A stretch of DNA of 41,799 nucleotides, taken from Pseudomonadota bacterium (lineage in GTDB: Bacteria; Pseudomonadota; Alphaproteobacteria; Micavibrionales; UBA2020). Positions 12,119 to 21,450 of the stretch are shown here, piece by piece; positions within the stretch are counted from its first letter, which is position 1, and each line of letters starts with the position of its first letter. The position numbers were made by a program, and so were the translations under genes. Below the pieces are notes generated by a model. That model was given only the letters and a program-made list of their open reading frames with translations. It did not search any database and was not told the origin of the DNA. The stretch lies in contig JACQAA010000013.1 in assembly GCA_016195185.1 (NCBI GenBank), forward strand, positions 1 to 41,799, in the 5' to 3' direction.

Positions 12119-12389
12119 CGCAGTAAAGAAACAGGCTGCAAAAAAAACTGCAGCGGCCTCAAAAGCTATAGCGGCCCCTAAAAAGGCAGCGGCTCCTGCA
12201 AAGTCGGGAAAGAAGCTGAAAGTGACCCAGATCGGCAGCCCGATCGGCCGTATTGACGCGCAGATGGCAACGTTGATTGGTCTGGGCCTGAACAAACGGC
12301 ATCGTTCCAAGGTGTTGGAAGATACACCGGCGGTCCGTGGTATGATTGAGCGCGTGAAACATCTCGTTGTTGTCGAGACGGCGGCCTGA
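12111..12389 (+). CDS. rpmD: 50S ribosomal protein L30, with Ala/Lys-rich N-terminal extension
   Basis: Core [12 protein letters not shown]...TLIGLGLNK...DTPAVRGMI; ATG at 12111 follows AAGGAG and overlaps the end of rpsE. Confidence 0.96.
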   Translation: MADAVKKQAAKKTAAASKAIAAPKKAAAPAKSGKKLKVTQIGSPIGRIDAQMATLIGLGLNKRHRSKVLEDTPAVRGMIERVKHLVVVETAA

Positions 12390-12416
12390 AATACGCCAGA
12401 ATAGGTAAGGATCAAA

Positions 12417-12968
12417 ATGAAATTAAATCAACTCAGAGACAATCCAGGCGCCCGCCAGACCAGACTGTGTGTCGGTCGCGGCATTGGCTGTGGCAAGGGT
12501 AAGACCTGCGGTCGCGGCGTGAAAGGCCAGAAAGCCCGTTCTGGTGTTGCCATCAAAGGATTTGAAGGTGGTCAGATGTCCCTCTTGCGCCGGATGCCGA
12601 AGCGTGGTTTCACCAATTTTACTGCCAAGTCATTTGCCGATATCAACCTGGATACCATTCAGGAAGCAATTGATTCAAAAAAGATCTCAGCCGCGAAACC
12701 AATTGATGCCGATACTTTGCTCGATGCTGGTGTTATCCGCCAGCTCGGTTCTGGTTTGCGCCTGTTGGCTGGTCGTGGTGCCTTGAAGACAAAGGCGACT
12801 TTCGTTGTGGTCGGGGCTTCTGAGAGCGCTCTCAAGGCAGTTGAAAGGGCGGGTGGCAAGGTTGAGATTCTGCCTGCAAAAGTGAATAAGCTCCTGAAGG
12901 GCAAAGTGCCGAAGAAGGAAAAATCGCGTGCTGATAAGGCGGCGAAGGCAGTTGCCGGCAAGAAGTAA
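12417..12968 (+). CDS. rplO: 50S ribosomal protein L15
   Basis: VGRGIGCGKGKTCGRGVKGQKAR, GFEGGQM, PKRGF. Confidence 0.99.
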   Translation: MKLNQLRDNPGARQTRLCVGRGIGCGKGKTCGRGVKGQKARSGVAIKGFEGGQMSLLRRMPKRGFTNFTAKSFADINLDTIQEAIDSKKISAAKPIDADTLLDAGVIRQLGSGLRLLAGRGALKTKATFVVVGASESALKAVERAGGKVEILPAKVNKLLKGKVPKKEKSRADKAAKAVAGKK

Positions 12969-13093
12969 ATTTCTTCTGTTGTTCCTCTCACACCAAATAT
13001 GAAATCCATGTAGAAACATGGCGGTGGGATTGTCGCCGTGTCTCTTGTCATGGCCAGGAAAGAGCTCTGTGTGACGCAGCCGCAATGCAAGTC

Positions 13094-13122
13094 TTGACCC
13101 CTCATTCTCCACCGCTTAGAGT
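13094..13122 (+). promoter_or_regulatory. Putative sigma70 promoter for secY-adk
   Basis: TTGACC-17 nt-TAGAGT, ending 31 nt before the secY ATG in a 185-nt intergenic gap. Confidence 0.5.
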
Positions 13123-13153
13123 ATTGTCGGATAAGCAATAGAAGGGCTCTCAC

Positions 13154-14500
13154 ATGGCATCAGCCGTCGAACAATTTGCTGCTAATCTCAATCTGGGTTC
13201 TTTTGCCAAAGCTGAAGAACTGAAGCAGCGCCTGTGGTTTACGTTAGGTGCGCTGGTTATTTACCGCATTGGCACCTATATACCGCTCCCTGGTATTGAC
13301 CCCCACGTTTGGCAGCAGATTTTCCAGCAGAAGCAAGGCGGCGTGCTGGACATGTTTGACATGTTCTCCGGCGGTGCTTTGCACCGGATGAGTATTTTTG
13401 CGCTGAACATCATGCCGTATATCTCGGCGTCCATCATTATGCAGCTGCTGACATCAATGAATCCGCGGCTGGAGTCCATGAAGAAAGAAGGCGAATCCGG
13501 GCGCAAGAAACTCAATCAATACACACGCTATTTCACGATCATTTTGGCCATCGTTCAGTCTTACGGGCTGGCGGTTGGTCTTGAAAATATGCACAGCCAA
13601 ACGGGCTCCGCGGTGATCCATGCCGGCATGTTCTTCCGTATCAGCACAGTCATCACGATCGTGGGGGGGACGATCTTTTTGATGTGGCTCGGCGAGCAGA
13701 TTACCGCTCGTGGCGTGGGCAACGGAACTTCTCTGATCATCTTTTCGGGCATCGTCGCGGGTATCCCCCGTGCCGTGGCCGGTACGCTGGCACTGGGCCA
13801 AGAGGGGGCCATTTCTCCCCTGACCATTCTCGGAATAGTCTTGATGGTGGTGGGGGTGGTGGGCTTTATCGTATTCATGGAGCGGGCGCAGCGTCGTGTG
13901 GTGGTACAGTATCCCAAGCGCATGGTTGGTAACCGCATGTCCGGTGGTGATTCCAGCCATATGCCATTGAAAATGAACACTTCGGGTGTTATCCCACCGA
14001 TTTTCGCCTCGTCGCTGCTGCTGCTGCCGCTGACGATTGTTGGTTTTTCTGGTGTTGGGCAGGGCAACGATTTCATGGATATGATCGCGCGCTATTTGCA
14101 GCATGGTCAGCCCGCCTATATGGCCCTCTATGGCGGTTTGATCGTATTCTTTGCCTTCTTTTATACGGCTATCGTGTTTAATCCCGACGAGACCGCCGAG
14201 AACCTGCGTAAATACGGCGGGTTTGTGCCTGGTATCCGTCCTGGAAAAGCGACGGCGGATTATCTTGATTACGTACTGACGCGCATCACCGTCGTTGGTG
14301 CTGCCTATCTGGTTTTTGTTTGTTTGTTGCCGGAGATTTTGATCGCCAAATTTAGCTTGCCATTTTATTTTGGCGGCACCTCCTTGCTGATTACAGTATC
14401 GGTCATGATGGATACTGTGGCGCAGATCCATTCTCACTTGATTGCGCATCAGTATGAAGGGTTGATTAAGAAATCAAGGCTGAGGGGGACGCGCAAATGA
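13154..14500 (+). CDS. secY: Preprotein translocase subunit SecY
   Basis: IMPYISASIIMQL, WLGEQIT..GVGNG, GVIPPIFASS, IRPGK; multiple hydrophobic segments. Confidence 0.99.
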   Translation: MASAVEQFAANLNLGSFAKAEELKQRLWFTLGALVIYRIGTYIPLPGIDPHVWQQIFQQKQGGVLDMFDMFSGGALHRMSIFALNIMPYISASIIMQLLTSMNPRLESMKKEGESGRKKLNQYTRYFTIILAIVQSYGLAVGLENMHSQTGSAVIHAGMFFRISTVITIVGGTIFLMWLGEQITARGVGNGTSLIIFSGIVAGIPRAVAGTLALGQEGAISPLTILGIVLMVVGVVGFIVFMERAQRRVVVQYPKRMVGNRMSGGDSSHMPLKMNTSGVIPPIFASSLLLLPLTIVGFSGVGQGNDFMDMIARYLQHGQPAYMALYGGLIVFFAFFYTAIVFNPDETAENLRKYGGFVPGIRPGKATADYLDYVLTRITVVGAAYLVFVCLLPEILIAKFSLPFYFGGTSLLITVSVMMDTVAQIHSHLIAHQYEGLIKKSRLRGTRK

Positions 14501-15189
14501 GAATCATTCTGTTGGGACCCCCTGGCGCCGGCAAAGGCACACAGGCGCGGATATTGATGGAGAAAGAGGGCATTGCGCATATCTCAACTGGCGATCTGTT
14601 TCGTGAGAATGTCAAAAACAAGACAGTACTGGGACAGCAGGTTGAGTCTATTCTGAAGAGTGGCAAGCTGGTTCCAGACCAGATCACCATCAAAATGATC
14701 TCAGAGAGATTGGATGCGGACGACTGTAAAAACGGATTTATTCTGGACGGGTTTCCTCGCAATGAGGCACAGGCCGAGGCGCTAGAGAAAATGCTCCAGG
14801 AAAAAGGCATCAAGTTGGATGCCGTTGTGCAGATTGAGGCCGATGATGAGAAGCTGGTAGAGCGAATTTCTGGCCGCCTTACCTGTTCTGGCTGTGGAGA
14901 GGGGTATCATGACAGGTTCAAAAAGCCCCAGCATACCGATTCTTGCGATAAATGCGGGGCCACCGGCAAATTTACCCGCCGCGCCGATGATAATGAGAAA
15001 ACGGTTCGTGAGCGGCTGAATGTCTACCATGGTCAGACTAAGGCGATTCTCCCCTTCTACGAAGGCCGGGGCATGCTGAAAACGGTCGATGGGATGGCTC
15101 CCATGGAAGATGTCACCGCCCAAATTGAGGCTGTTTTGAAGGGAGGTAAGGGGGGGGATCGTCCGTCGTCACCCCGCCCGGGCGGTTGA
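14497..15189 (+). CDS. adk: Adenylate kinase (Cys4 zinc-type LID)
   Basis: GPPGAGKGT, HISTGD, GFILDGFPR, CSGC...CDKC, RADDN. Confidence 0.98.
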   Translation: MRIILLGPPGAGKGTQARILMEKEGIAHISTGDLFRENVKNKTVLGQQVESILKSGKLVPDQITIKMISERLDADDCKNGFILDGFPRNEAQAEALEKMLQEKGIKLDAVVQIEADDEKLVERISGRLTCSGCGEGYHDRFKKPQHTDSCDKCGATGKFTRRADDNEKTVRERLNVYHGQTKAILPFYEGRGMLKTVDGMAPMEDVTAQIEAVLKGGKGGDRPSSPRPGG

Positions 15190-15234
15190 GGGCCAAAAAG
15201 GGTCATTTTTCTCACAAATAGGGTAAATATCCTG

Positions 15235-15270
15235 TTGACGTTTCCGGACTGCATCTTATAATGCGCGGTC
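15235..15270 (+). promoter_or_regulatory. Putative sigma70 promoter of the rpsM (alpha) operon, with GC-rich discriminator
   Basis: TTGACG-16 nt-TATAAT followed by GCGCGGTC; AT-rich upstream tract. Confidence 0.7.
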
Positions 15271-15386
15271 TCGCTGCCTTTAAGGGGTAACGAGTCTGTT
15301 TTGCGTCCCTGTATTGTGAGGGGGTGCGGGACATATGGCCGGCAGGTGGTCTGTCGGTAGAATAGACAGTTTTGAGGAGCATCCGC

Positions 15387-15770
15387 GTGGCACGTATCGA
15401 AGGTGTCAATATCCCGGCAGATAAGGTCATCGGCATTGCGCTGACATATATTTTTGGTATCGGTCGTACCAGAGCGAAAAAAGTTCTTGAGACAGCAAAG
15501 GTTGTCTGGGGCAAGCGCGTGAATGCATTGTCTGAAGATGAGCTGAATCGTATTCGTGACGCCATCAAGGCAAATTACAAAGTAGAGGGTGAGTTGCGTC
15601 GTGAAGTGGCCATGAGTGTCAAGCGCCTGATGGATCTTGGCTGCTATCGCGGCCTGCGTCATCGCAAGGGTCTTCCGGTTCGCGGTCAACGTACCAAGAC
15701 GAATGCCCGTACACGCAAGGGGCCCCGCAAAACCATTGCGGGCAAAAAATTAGCGCCGACCAAGAAATAA
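15387..15770 (+). CDS. rpsM: 30S ribosomal protein S13
   Basis: GTG start after GAGGAG; [28 protein letters not shown]. Confidence 0.98.
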   Translation: MARIEGVNIPADKVIGIALTYIFGIGRTRAKKVLETAKVVWGKRVNALSEDELNRIRDAIKANYKVEGELRREVAMSVKRLMDLGCYRGLRHRKGLPVRGQRTKTNARTRKGPRKTIAGKKLAPTKK

Positions 15771-15792
15771 TTGTTGAGGGTGAACACAAGAA

Positions 15793-16224
15793 ATGGCTAA
15801 GGAACAAAAACAAAAAGCAGCGGAAGCGGCCGATCAGAAGAAGGCGGCTCCCAAGGCACGCAAAAAGGAACGTAAAAACGTTACCACGGCAACTGCCCAC
15901 GTTAACTCTACATTTAATAATACGATTGTTACCATCACCGATGCCCAGGGCAATACGCTGGCGTGGTCGACGGCCGGTCACAAAGGTTTTAAGGGATCGC
16001 GTAAATCGACCCCTTATGCGGCGCAGATTGCCGCCGAAGATGCAGGTATCAAGGCAAAAGAACATGGCGTGAAGACTCTGGAAGTTCTGGTCAAGGGTCC
16101 TGGTTCGGGCCGCGAATCGGCTTTGCGGGCGCTTCAGTCAGTGGGGTTTATCATCAATTCGATTGTAGACATCACACCCATTCCGCACAATGGCTGCCGT
16201 CCACGTAAACGCCGCAGAGTTTAA
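15793..16224 (+). CDS. rpsK: 30S ribosomal protein S11
   Basis: [32 protein letters not shown]. Confidence 0.99.
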   Translation: MAKEQKQKAAEAADQKKAAPKARKKERKNVTTATAHVNSTFNNTIVTITDAQGNTLAWSTAGHKGFKGSRKSTPYAAQIAAEDAGIKAKEHGVKTLEVLVKGPGSGRESALRALQSVGFIINSIVDITPIPHNGCRPRKRRRV

Positions 16225-16300
16225 GTTTTAATATTAGGTGGGTGCCCGTTATTACTGGTACCCGTTTATGGTTGGTTAAACATGCAAAGAGGGGCTTACC

Positions 16301-17317
16301 TTGATACAAAAAAACTGGCAAGAGCTTATTAAACCCAACGAGGTTGACATCAGCACATCAAAAGATCCGCAGCGTTTTGGCACTGTCGTCGTTGAACCGT
16401 TGGAGCGCGGCTATGGTTTGACACTTGGCAACGCGTTGCGGCGCGTTCTGCTGTCGTCATTGCAGGGGGCTGCTGTTACCTCAATCAAGATTGACGGTGT
16501 TTTGCACGAGTTTTCGTCTATTGACGGCGTTCGTGAAGACGTCACCGACATCGTCCTGAATATCAAAAACATTGCACTGCGCATGCATGCTGAAGGAACC
16601 CGTAAGGTTCATCTCCGTGCGGAAGGTCCTTGTGAGGTCAAGGCGGGCATGATCGAGACCAGTGCTGATATTGAAATTACTAACCCGGATCTGGTGATCT
16701 GCACGCTCGGCAACAAGGCCAAGCTCAATATTGAGCTGACGATTGGCAATGGCAAGGGCTATCGCCCGGCTGTGCAAAACCGTCCGGAAGATGCGCCGAT
16801 CGGGTTGATCCCGGTTGACAGCATTTTCAGCCCGGTACGCCGCGTCTCCTACAAGGTGGAAGATACCCGCGTTGGCCAGATCACTGATTACGATAAGCTG
16901 GTCCTTGATCTCGAGACCAATGGCACTATTCGCCCGGAAGATGCGGTTGCCTATGCAGCGCGCATTCTGCAAGACCAACTGCAGGTGTTTGTCAACTTCC
17001 AGGAGCCAGAGTCTGTTGCCAAGGAAGAAGCAAAGGATGAATTGCCCTTCAGCCGTCACCTGCTGCGTAAGGTCGAAGAGTTGGAGCTGTCTGTTCGTTC
17101 GGCTAACTGTCTTAAGAACGACAACATCATTTATATTGGTGACCTGGTTCAGAAAACCGAAGGCGATATGCTGCGTACACCAAACTTTGGCCGCAAGTCA
17201 CTTAACGAGATCAAGGAAGTTCTTACCAATATGGGCCTCCACCTCGGCATGAAAGTTGAGGGCTGGCCGCCAGAGAACATTGAAGATCTGGCAAAGAAAC
17301 TCGAAGAGCCATTTTGA
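16301..17317 (+). CDS. rpoA: RNA polymerase subunit alpha
   Basis: TTG start; [44 protein letters not shown]. Confidence 0.99.
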   Translation: MIQKNWQELIKPNEVDISTSKDPQRFGTVVVEPLERGYGLTLGNALRRVLLSSLQGAAVTSIKIDGVLHEFSSIDGVREDVTDIVLNIKNIALRMHAEGTRKVHLRAEGPCEVKAGMIETSADIEITNPDLVICTLGNKAKLNIELTIGNGKGYRPAVQNRPEDAPIGLIPVDSIFSPVRRVSYKVEDTRVGQITDYDKLVLDLETNGTIRPEDAVAYAARILQDQLQVFVNFQEPESVAKEEAKDELPFSRHLLRKVEELELSVRSANCLKNDNIIYIGDLVQKTEGDMLRTPNFGRKSLNEIKEVLTNMGLHLGMKVEGWPPENIEDLAKKLEEPF

Positions 17318-17415
17318 ACCAAAGGGTTGGCTACCCCAACAATACTGCTGACATCAGGGTATTGTGTGTTTAATCTGCCTTATGCGTAAGGCGATCGTAG
17401 AAGGAGGGCGTTATC

Positions 17416-17892
17416 ATGCGTCATGGAAAAGCAGGCCGTAAACTCGGCGTTACGACATCACACCGCAAGGCTATGTTTGCAAACATGGCTGTCGCCCTGA
17501 TTAAGCACGAGCAGATTTCAACCACGCTGCCGAAGGCAAAAGAACTGCGCGGCTTTGTTGAAAAACTGATCACGCTCGGCAAGAGCGGTACGTTGGCCGA
17601 CCGGCGTTTGGCGCATTCCCGCTTGCGTGATGATGCGATGCTCAAAAAGTTGTTTGATACTTTAGGCCCCCGCTACAAGGACCGTAGGGGCGGCTATACC
17701 CGTGTTTTGAAAGCGGGTTTCCGCTATGGCGATAACGCGCCGTTAGCGATTATTGAGCTGGTTGACCGTGACCGCGCTGCGAAGGGTCAGGATAGCGGCC
17801 CTGTTAATGTCGATGATACTCCTCCAGCATCGGCACCGGCTCCGGAAGCCAAAAAGGCTGCACCAAAGAAGAAAAAAGCGGCTGCCGGCTAA
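17416..17892 (+). CDS. rplQ: 50S ribosomal protein L17, with Pro/Ala/Lys tail
   Basis: [40 protein letters not shown]. Confidence 0.99.
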   Translation: MRHGKAGRKLGVTTSHRKAMFANMAVALIKHEQISTTLPKAKELRGFVEKLITLGKSGTLADRRLAHSRLRDDAMLKKLFDTLGPRYKDRRGGYTRVLKAGFRYGDNAPLAIIELVDRDRAAKGQDSGPVNVDDTPPASAPAPEAKKAAPKKKKAAAG

Positions 17893-17944
17893 TCTTTTCT
17901 CGTTTCTAGAATTATCGCGCATCATCCCCTCTGGGGAAGGCATA

Positions 17945-18682
17945 GTGGCACCTGTAAATATCATCTCTGTTCATTCCCTGACTAAAAGATTCGGTCAGGT
18001 TGCAGCTGTTGAGGGAATCTCTTTTGCTATTCCCCGTGGCAGCATTACGGCCCTGCTCGGCGGCAACGGGGCGGGAAAAACTACCACAATTGCCATGCTA
18101 CTCGGTATTTTGCAGCCGACATCCGGGACGATCTCTATCCTTGGTCATGATATGTTGGCCAACCGTTATGGTGCCTTGAAGAAGATGAATTTTTCGTCCC
18201 CTTATGTTGACTTGCCCCGCAAGTTGACCGTGCGTCAAAATCTGCGCATCTATGGCAAGCTTTATGGCGTCAGAAATCTTGAGGAGCAGATTGAGAATTT
18301 GGCTGTCGCTCTTGATCTAAAGACGTTTTTGGATCGTCAGGTTGGTAAACTATCGGCGGGCCAGCAGACTCGAGTCTCCCTCTCCAAGGCGTTGATCAAT
18401 ACGCCGGAACTACTGCTGTTAGATGAGCCAACGGCTTCTCTGGATCCCGACACGGCGGACCGTATTCGCGGCATGCTGGAAAGGTTCTGTCGGCAGAACT
18501 GCACCACAATCTTGATGGCTTCGCATAACATGCGCGAGGTGGAACGCCTCTGCGATTACGTGTTGATGATGCGCAAGGGGACAATTGTTGACCGTGGCAC
18601 ACCGGCAGAGTTGATGAAGCGGTATGACAGGCAAGGGATGGAAGAGGTATTTCTTGATATCGCCCGGGGAGACGCTGCATGA
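17945..18682 (+). CDS. ABC transporter ATP-binding protein (ABC-2/DrrA-like)
   Basis: Walker A GGNGAGKTT, signature LSAGQ, Walker B LLLLDEPT, H-loop SHN; GTG start at 17945 chosen after GGGAAGG. Confidence 0.93.
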   Translation: MAPVNIISVHSLTKRFGQVAAVEGISFAIPRGSITALLGGNGAGKTTTIAMLLGILQPTSGTISILGHDMLANRYGALKKMNFSSPYVDLPRKLTVRQNLRIYGKLYGVRNLEEQIENLAVALDLKTFLDRQVGKLSAGQQTRVSLSKALINTPELLLLDEPTASLDPDTADRIRGMLERFCRQNCTTILMASHNMREVERLCDYVLMMRKGTIVDRGTPAELMKRYDRQGMEEVFLDIARGDAA

Positions 18683-19479
18683 GCGAGAGCCTCCAGCGCA
18701 TTTATGCTATCTTGCTCCGACATTTTTATATTTTGCGCGGCTCACCGGCGCGGCTGATAGAAATTATCTACTGGCCGACAATGCAGATGATCTTGTGGGG
18801 ATTTATCAGTCAGTTTTTCGCGCATAAAAGCTTGCTGCCGATGAACTATGCGATGGGCACCTTGCTAGGGGCTGTGCTGTTATGGGACCTTTTGTTTCGT
18901 TCGCAACTAGGCGTGTCACTGTCATTTTTGGAAGAAGTCTGGTCGCGCAATCTTGGGCATCTGTTTGTGAGTCCTTTAAGGCCGTTGGAGTGGTGGGTTT
19001 CCATGATGTTCTATAGCATCGTGCGCGCCCTGCTGGGTATGGGGCCGGCGGTTGTGCTGGCGATCCCGTTCTACGGGTTTTCTATTTTTGGTTTGGGATT
19101 ACCTCTGCTGTTATTGTTCTTAAATCTAATGATCATGGGCTGGGCGCTTGGTTTTTTGATCACCGCCGTCTTGATCAAAGCGGGGCCGGGGGCTGAAAGT
19201 ATCTCCTGGGGCCTGACATTTTTCTTGGCGCCCTTCTGCGCTGTTTATTATCCGGTGGCTATGCTGCCGGCATGGCTGCAAAAAATTTCCTACGCTTTGC
19301 CCGCTTCTCATGTTTTTGAGGGGTTGCGAACGTTGGTGCAGGAAGGCGGAGTGGATACTTACCAGCTGTCCACGGCTTTCGTATTGAACTGTGTTTATAT
19401 TATTATTTCCATAATTTTATTGCAAATGTCTTTTAACAATGCCAGAAAGCACGGGACGCTGTTGCAAATTGGGGAATAG
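18679..19479 (+). CDS. ABC-2 type transporter permease
   Basis: About six hydrophobic segments, YYPVAMLPAWLQKISYALPASHVFEGLR; ATGA overlap with the ATPase gene. Confidence 0.9.
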   Translation: MSESLQRIYAILLRHFYILRGSPARLIEIIYWPTMQMILWGFISQFFAHKSLLPMNYAMGTLLGAVLLWDLLFRSQLGVSLSFLEEVWSRNLGHLFVSPLRPLEWWVSMMFYSIVRALLGMGPAVVLAIPFYGFSIFGLGLPLLLLFLNLMIMGWALGFLITAVLIKAGPGAESISWGLTFFLAPFCAVYYPVAMLPAWLQKISYALPASHVFEGLRTLVQEGGVDTYQLSTAFVLNCVYIIISIILLQMSFNNARKHGTLLQIGE

Positions 19480-19572
19480 TTGATTAATTCGTATTCAGGG
19501 AATTGTGCGCTCGGAAAAACCATGCTACTTATTTAGCATATTTAATTACAGTATTTTTGTTGGAGGAAAACC

Positions 19573-20439
19573 ATGAAGTTCGCCGAATCAGGATTGCCGA
19601 ATAACAAGCTGGTTGAAGACGCCTTCAACTACAGCCATGCGAACGTGATGAGCTATCGTGACGAAGTCATGAAGGATTTTACCCAGCAGATCAACCAGTC
19701 GCATGCTGCGCAGCTCAGACAACTGGATGCTGACAAAGTTGCGGGTACTTTGTCACCGGATGATTACAAGAAAGAAAAAGAGGCGCTGGATAAAATGCGC
19801 GATGAACAAATGAAAATGGGTCCACGGATCGTTGATAGGGAGTTGGATAACAATTTTAATCAGCGCCGCCTGGGTCCGGCCCAAGAGCTTGTCAATAACG
19901 GGGAGAAGGCCTCGCCGGAATTGCTGGCCGCTGTCATTCTGAATGAATGCGTTCGGTCTCCCCTTGACTATCTGAAACTGGCTAAAAAATTTGGCGACAA
20001 GGTTGCCGATGTTATAGCTCAAATGCAGCATATTGACGTTTATCCGGGCGAACGTGACGCCAATCTTGCTGCAGCGAACAGCGACGTGAAACGTGCTTAT
20101 ATGGCGCAGCTGATCACGAATCTGGGCGACATCATGTCGCAGGTCAAATTGATGGCAAAGGTCAGCCCGGGACAGAAGGTCATGTTTGCAGACGGGCAGG
20201 AAGAGGCGCTGTTTGGCAACGCCAAATCGGTCTGGGGTAATGATAAAAAACTTGATCAGAGATTTGTAGCGGTTTTTAATAGCGCGGCAGAAGCGACGAC
20301 TTCTCCCTTCAGAATGGAAGTCGACGAAAAGAACAATTTGGAATTGATCAAGAGCAATTTGAACCCGCCGACTGGCCCCAAAGTTACCCCTCCCAAAGGT
20401 CCCGGCGACAAGCACGGTCTGGGAGATGATGTGTTTTAA
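19573..20439 (+). CDS. Hypothetical protein resembling a degenerate RelA/SpoT-type HD domain
   Basis: Strong GGAGG RBS and downstream terminator. ELLAAVILNECV...LAKKFGDKVADVI follows the IAAALLHDVVED...IEEKFGxEVAxLV pattern with HD replaced by NE. The CDS is secure; the fold call is by eye. Confidence 0.75.
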   Translation: MKFAESGLPNNKLVEDAFNYSHANVMSYRDEVMKDFTQQINQSHAAQLRQLDADKVAGTLSPDDYKKEKEALDKMRDEQMKMGPRIVDRELDNNFNQRRLGPAQELVNNGEKASPELLAAVILNECVRSPLDYLKLAKKFGDKVADVIAQMQHIDVYPGERDANLAAANSDVKRAYMAQLITNLGDIMSQVKLMAKVSPGQKVMFADGQEEALFGNAKSVWGNDKKLDQRFVAVFNSAAEATTSPFRMEVDEKNNLELIKSNLNPPTGPKVTPPKGPGDKHGLGDDVF

Positions 20440-20459
20440 GTAAGACTAATAGACCGAGT

Positions 20460-20495
20460 GAAAACGCGCCTCTTCAAGAGGGCGCGTTTTTCTTT
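20460..20495. terminator. Bidirectional intrinsic terminator
   Basis: AAAACGCGCCTCTT-C-AAGAGGGCGCGTTTTTCTTT between convergent genes, with T/A tracts on both sides. Confidence 0.85.
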
Positions 20496-20503
20496 AGTGG
20501 CAC

Positions 20504-21448
20504 TTAATGTCCTGCCTTCTCCCCCGCCGGGTTTTCCACTGTTTTTAGTGCATCAGCCAGTCTGTGTTGGGCAGTACCGGGCCTTAATGGCTTTGGCTGG
20601 CTCATGTGTGGTGCCCAGCCAATGGCATAAACGACTTGAAATGTTGCCGGTATTTTTCCGTCTGCATCGGCAAATTTTTCCTGATACAGCCGAGTTGCTT
20701 CTAAAATGACTTGTCGTCGTGTTGGTTGTAGCAACCGGTTATAAGTGGCATTGCTGGCTCCCATTCCACGTAAATCCTGCATCAGCTTTAATAGACTCGA
20801 GTAATGCACGGTGATAGTATCACTGTCGATCACGGGCAGGGCAAAGCCGGCGCGCTGCATCAGGGCTCCCATATCGCGGGGGTCGATGAAAGGCGATACG
20901 CGGGGGCTCGCTCCCCCACTTACCGCCATTTCTGCTTCCATCAGGCATTGGCGTAGCTCACGCAGACTTTCCCCACCCAGCAGTGCTGCCAGAAACAGGC
21001 CGTCCGGTTTCAGTGCTTGCTTGATCTGCACCAACGCGCCAGGCAGGTCGTTGACCCAATGCAGGGTTAAGTTGCTTATCACAGCATCCAGGCTGCAAGA
21101 GCGGAAGGGTAAAAATTCCTCATCGGCCACAACGGCGGGGGTTGTCGTCTGGCGCGTCATGTCAAAGGAAGTATCCATGCAGATGACATGTTCCGTTCCT
21201 ATACGTTGTTGCAGACGCTCTGCAAGGCCACCATAAGCGCCGCCCAAGTCCACTATCAGAGGAAAGTTCCTTTTCACCACATCGAGTCGTTCGATCAGCC
21301 GTTCGGCCACTTCGGTCAACAAGAAATCAAACTGGCGGATATTTTGTGCCGCGCGATCACGCCGGCGGCGCAGCAGACGCCGGTCAAAGACAGCGGGGGG
21401 TCGGTTGTGCTGATTATTCATGCCTATCAACGTCACTTTTTGGGGCAT
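20504..21448 (-). CDS. Class I SAM-dependent methyltransferase, BioC/NDUFAF5-like (usual comF neighbour)
   Basis: VFDRRLLRRRRDRAA, ADEEFLPF, LHWVNDLPG, LKPDGLF, SPRVSPF, LQRAGF-like motif; start could be ATG 21421. Confidence 0.9.
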   Translation of the reverse strand: MPQKVTLIGMNNQHNRPPAVFDRRLLRRRRDRAAQNIRQFDFLLTEVAERLIERLDVVKRNFPLIVDLGGAYGGLAERLQQRIGTEHVICMDTSFDMTRQTTTPAVVADEEFLPFRSCSLDAVISNLTLHWVNDLPGALVQIKQALKPDGLFLAALLGGESLRELRQCLMEAEMAVSGGASPRVSPFIDPRDMGALMQRAGFALPVIDSDTITVHYSSLLKLMQDLRGMGASNATYNRLLQPTRRQVILEATRLYQEKFADADGKIPATFQVVYAIGWAPHMSQPKPLRPGTAQHRLADALKTVENPAGEKAGH

Positions 21449-21450
21449 CT

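Noticed and set aside
1184-17059. Many long minus-strand ORFs opposite fusA, tuf, r-protein genes, secY and rpoA (e.g. 1966-2964, 5290-6123, 13454-14449)
   Set aside because: Antisense shadows of highly biased coding sequence; no recognisable motifs or RBS, and each fully overlaps a securely identified gene
16235-17398. Small hairpins in the rpsK-rpoA and rpoA-rplQ spacers
   Set aside because: Short or G-U-rich stems without clear U-tracts; not enough evidence to call terminators or ncRNAs
14497-17892. Absence of infA, rpmJ and rpsD from the spc/alpha region
   Set aside because: secY-adk-rpsM-rpsK-rpoA-rplQ is the normal alphaproteobacterial arrangement
17753-17944. 64-aa N-terminal extension of the ABC ATPase overlapping rplQ in the ORF track
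   Set aside because: Result of longest-ORF calling; the domain and an RBS-supported GTG begin at 17945. Similar over-extensions were trimmed for rpmD, rpsM, hutI and the FlhB-C-like gene
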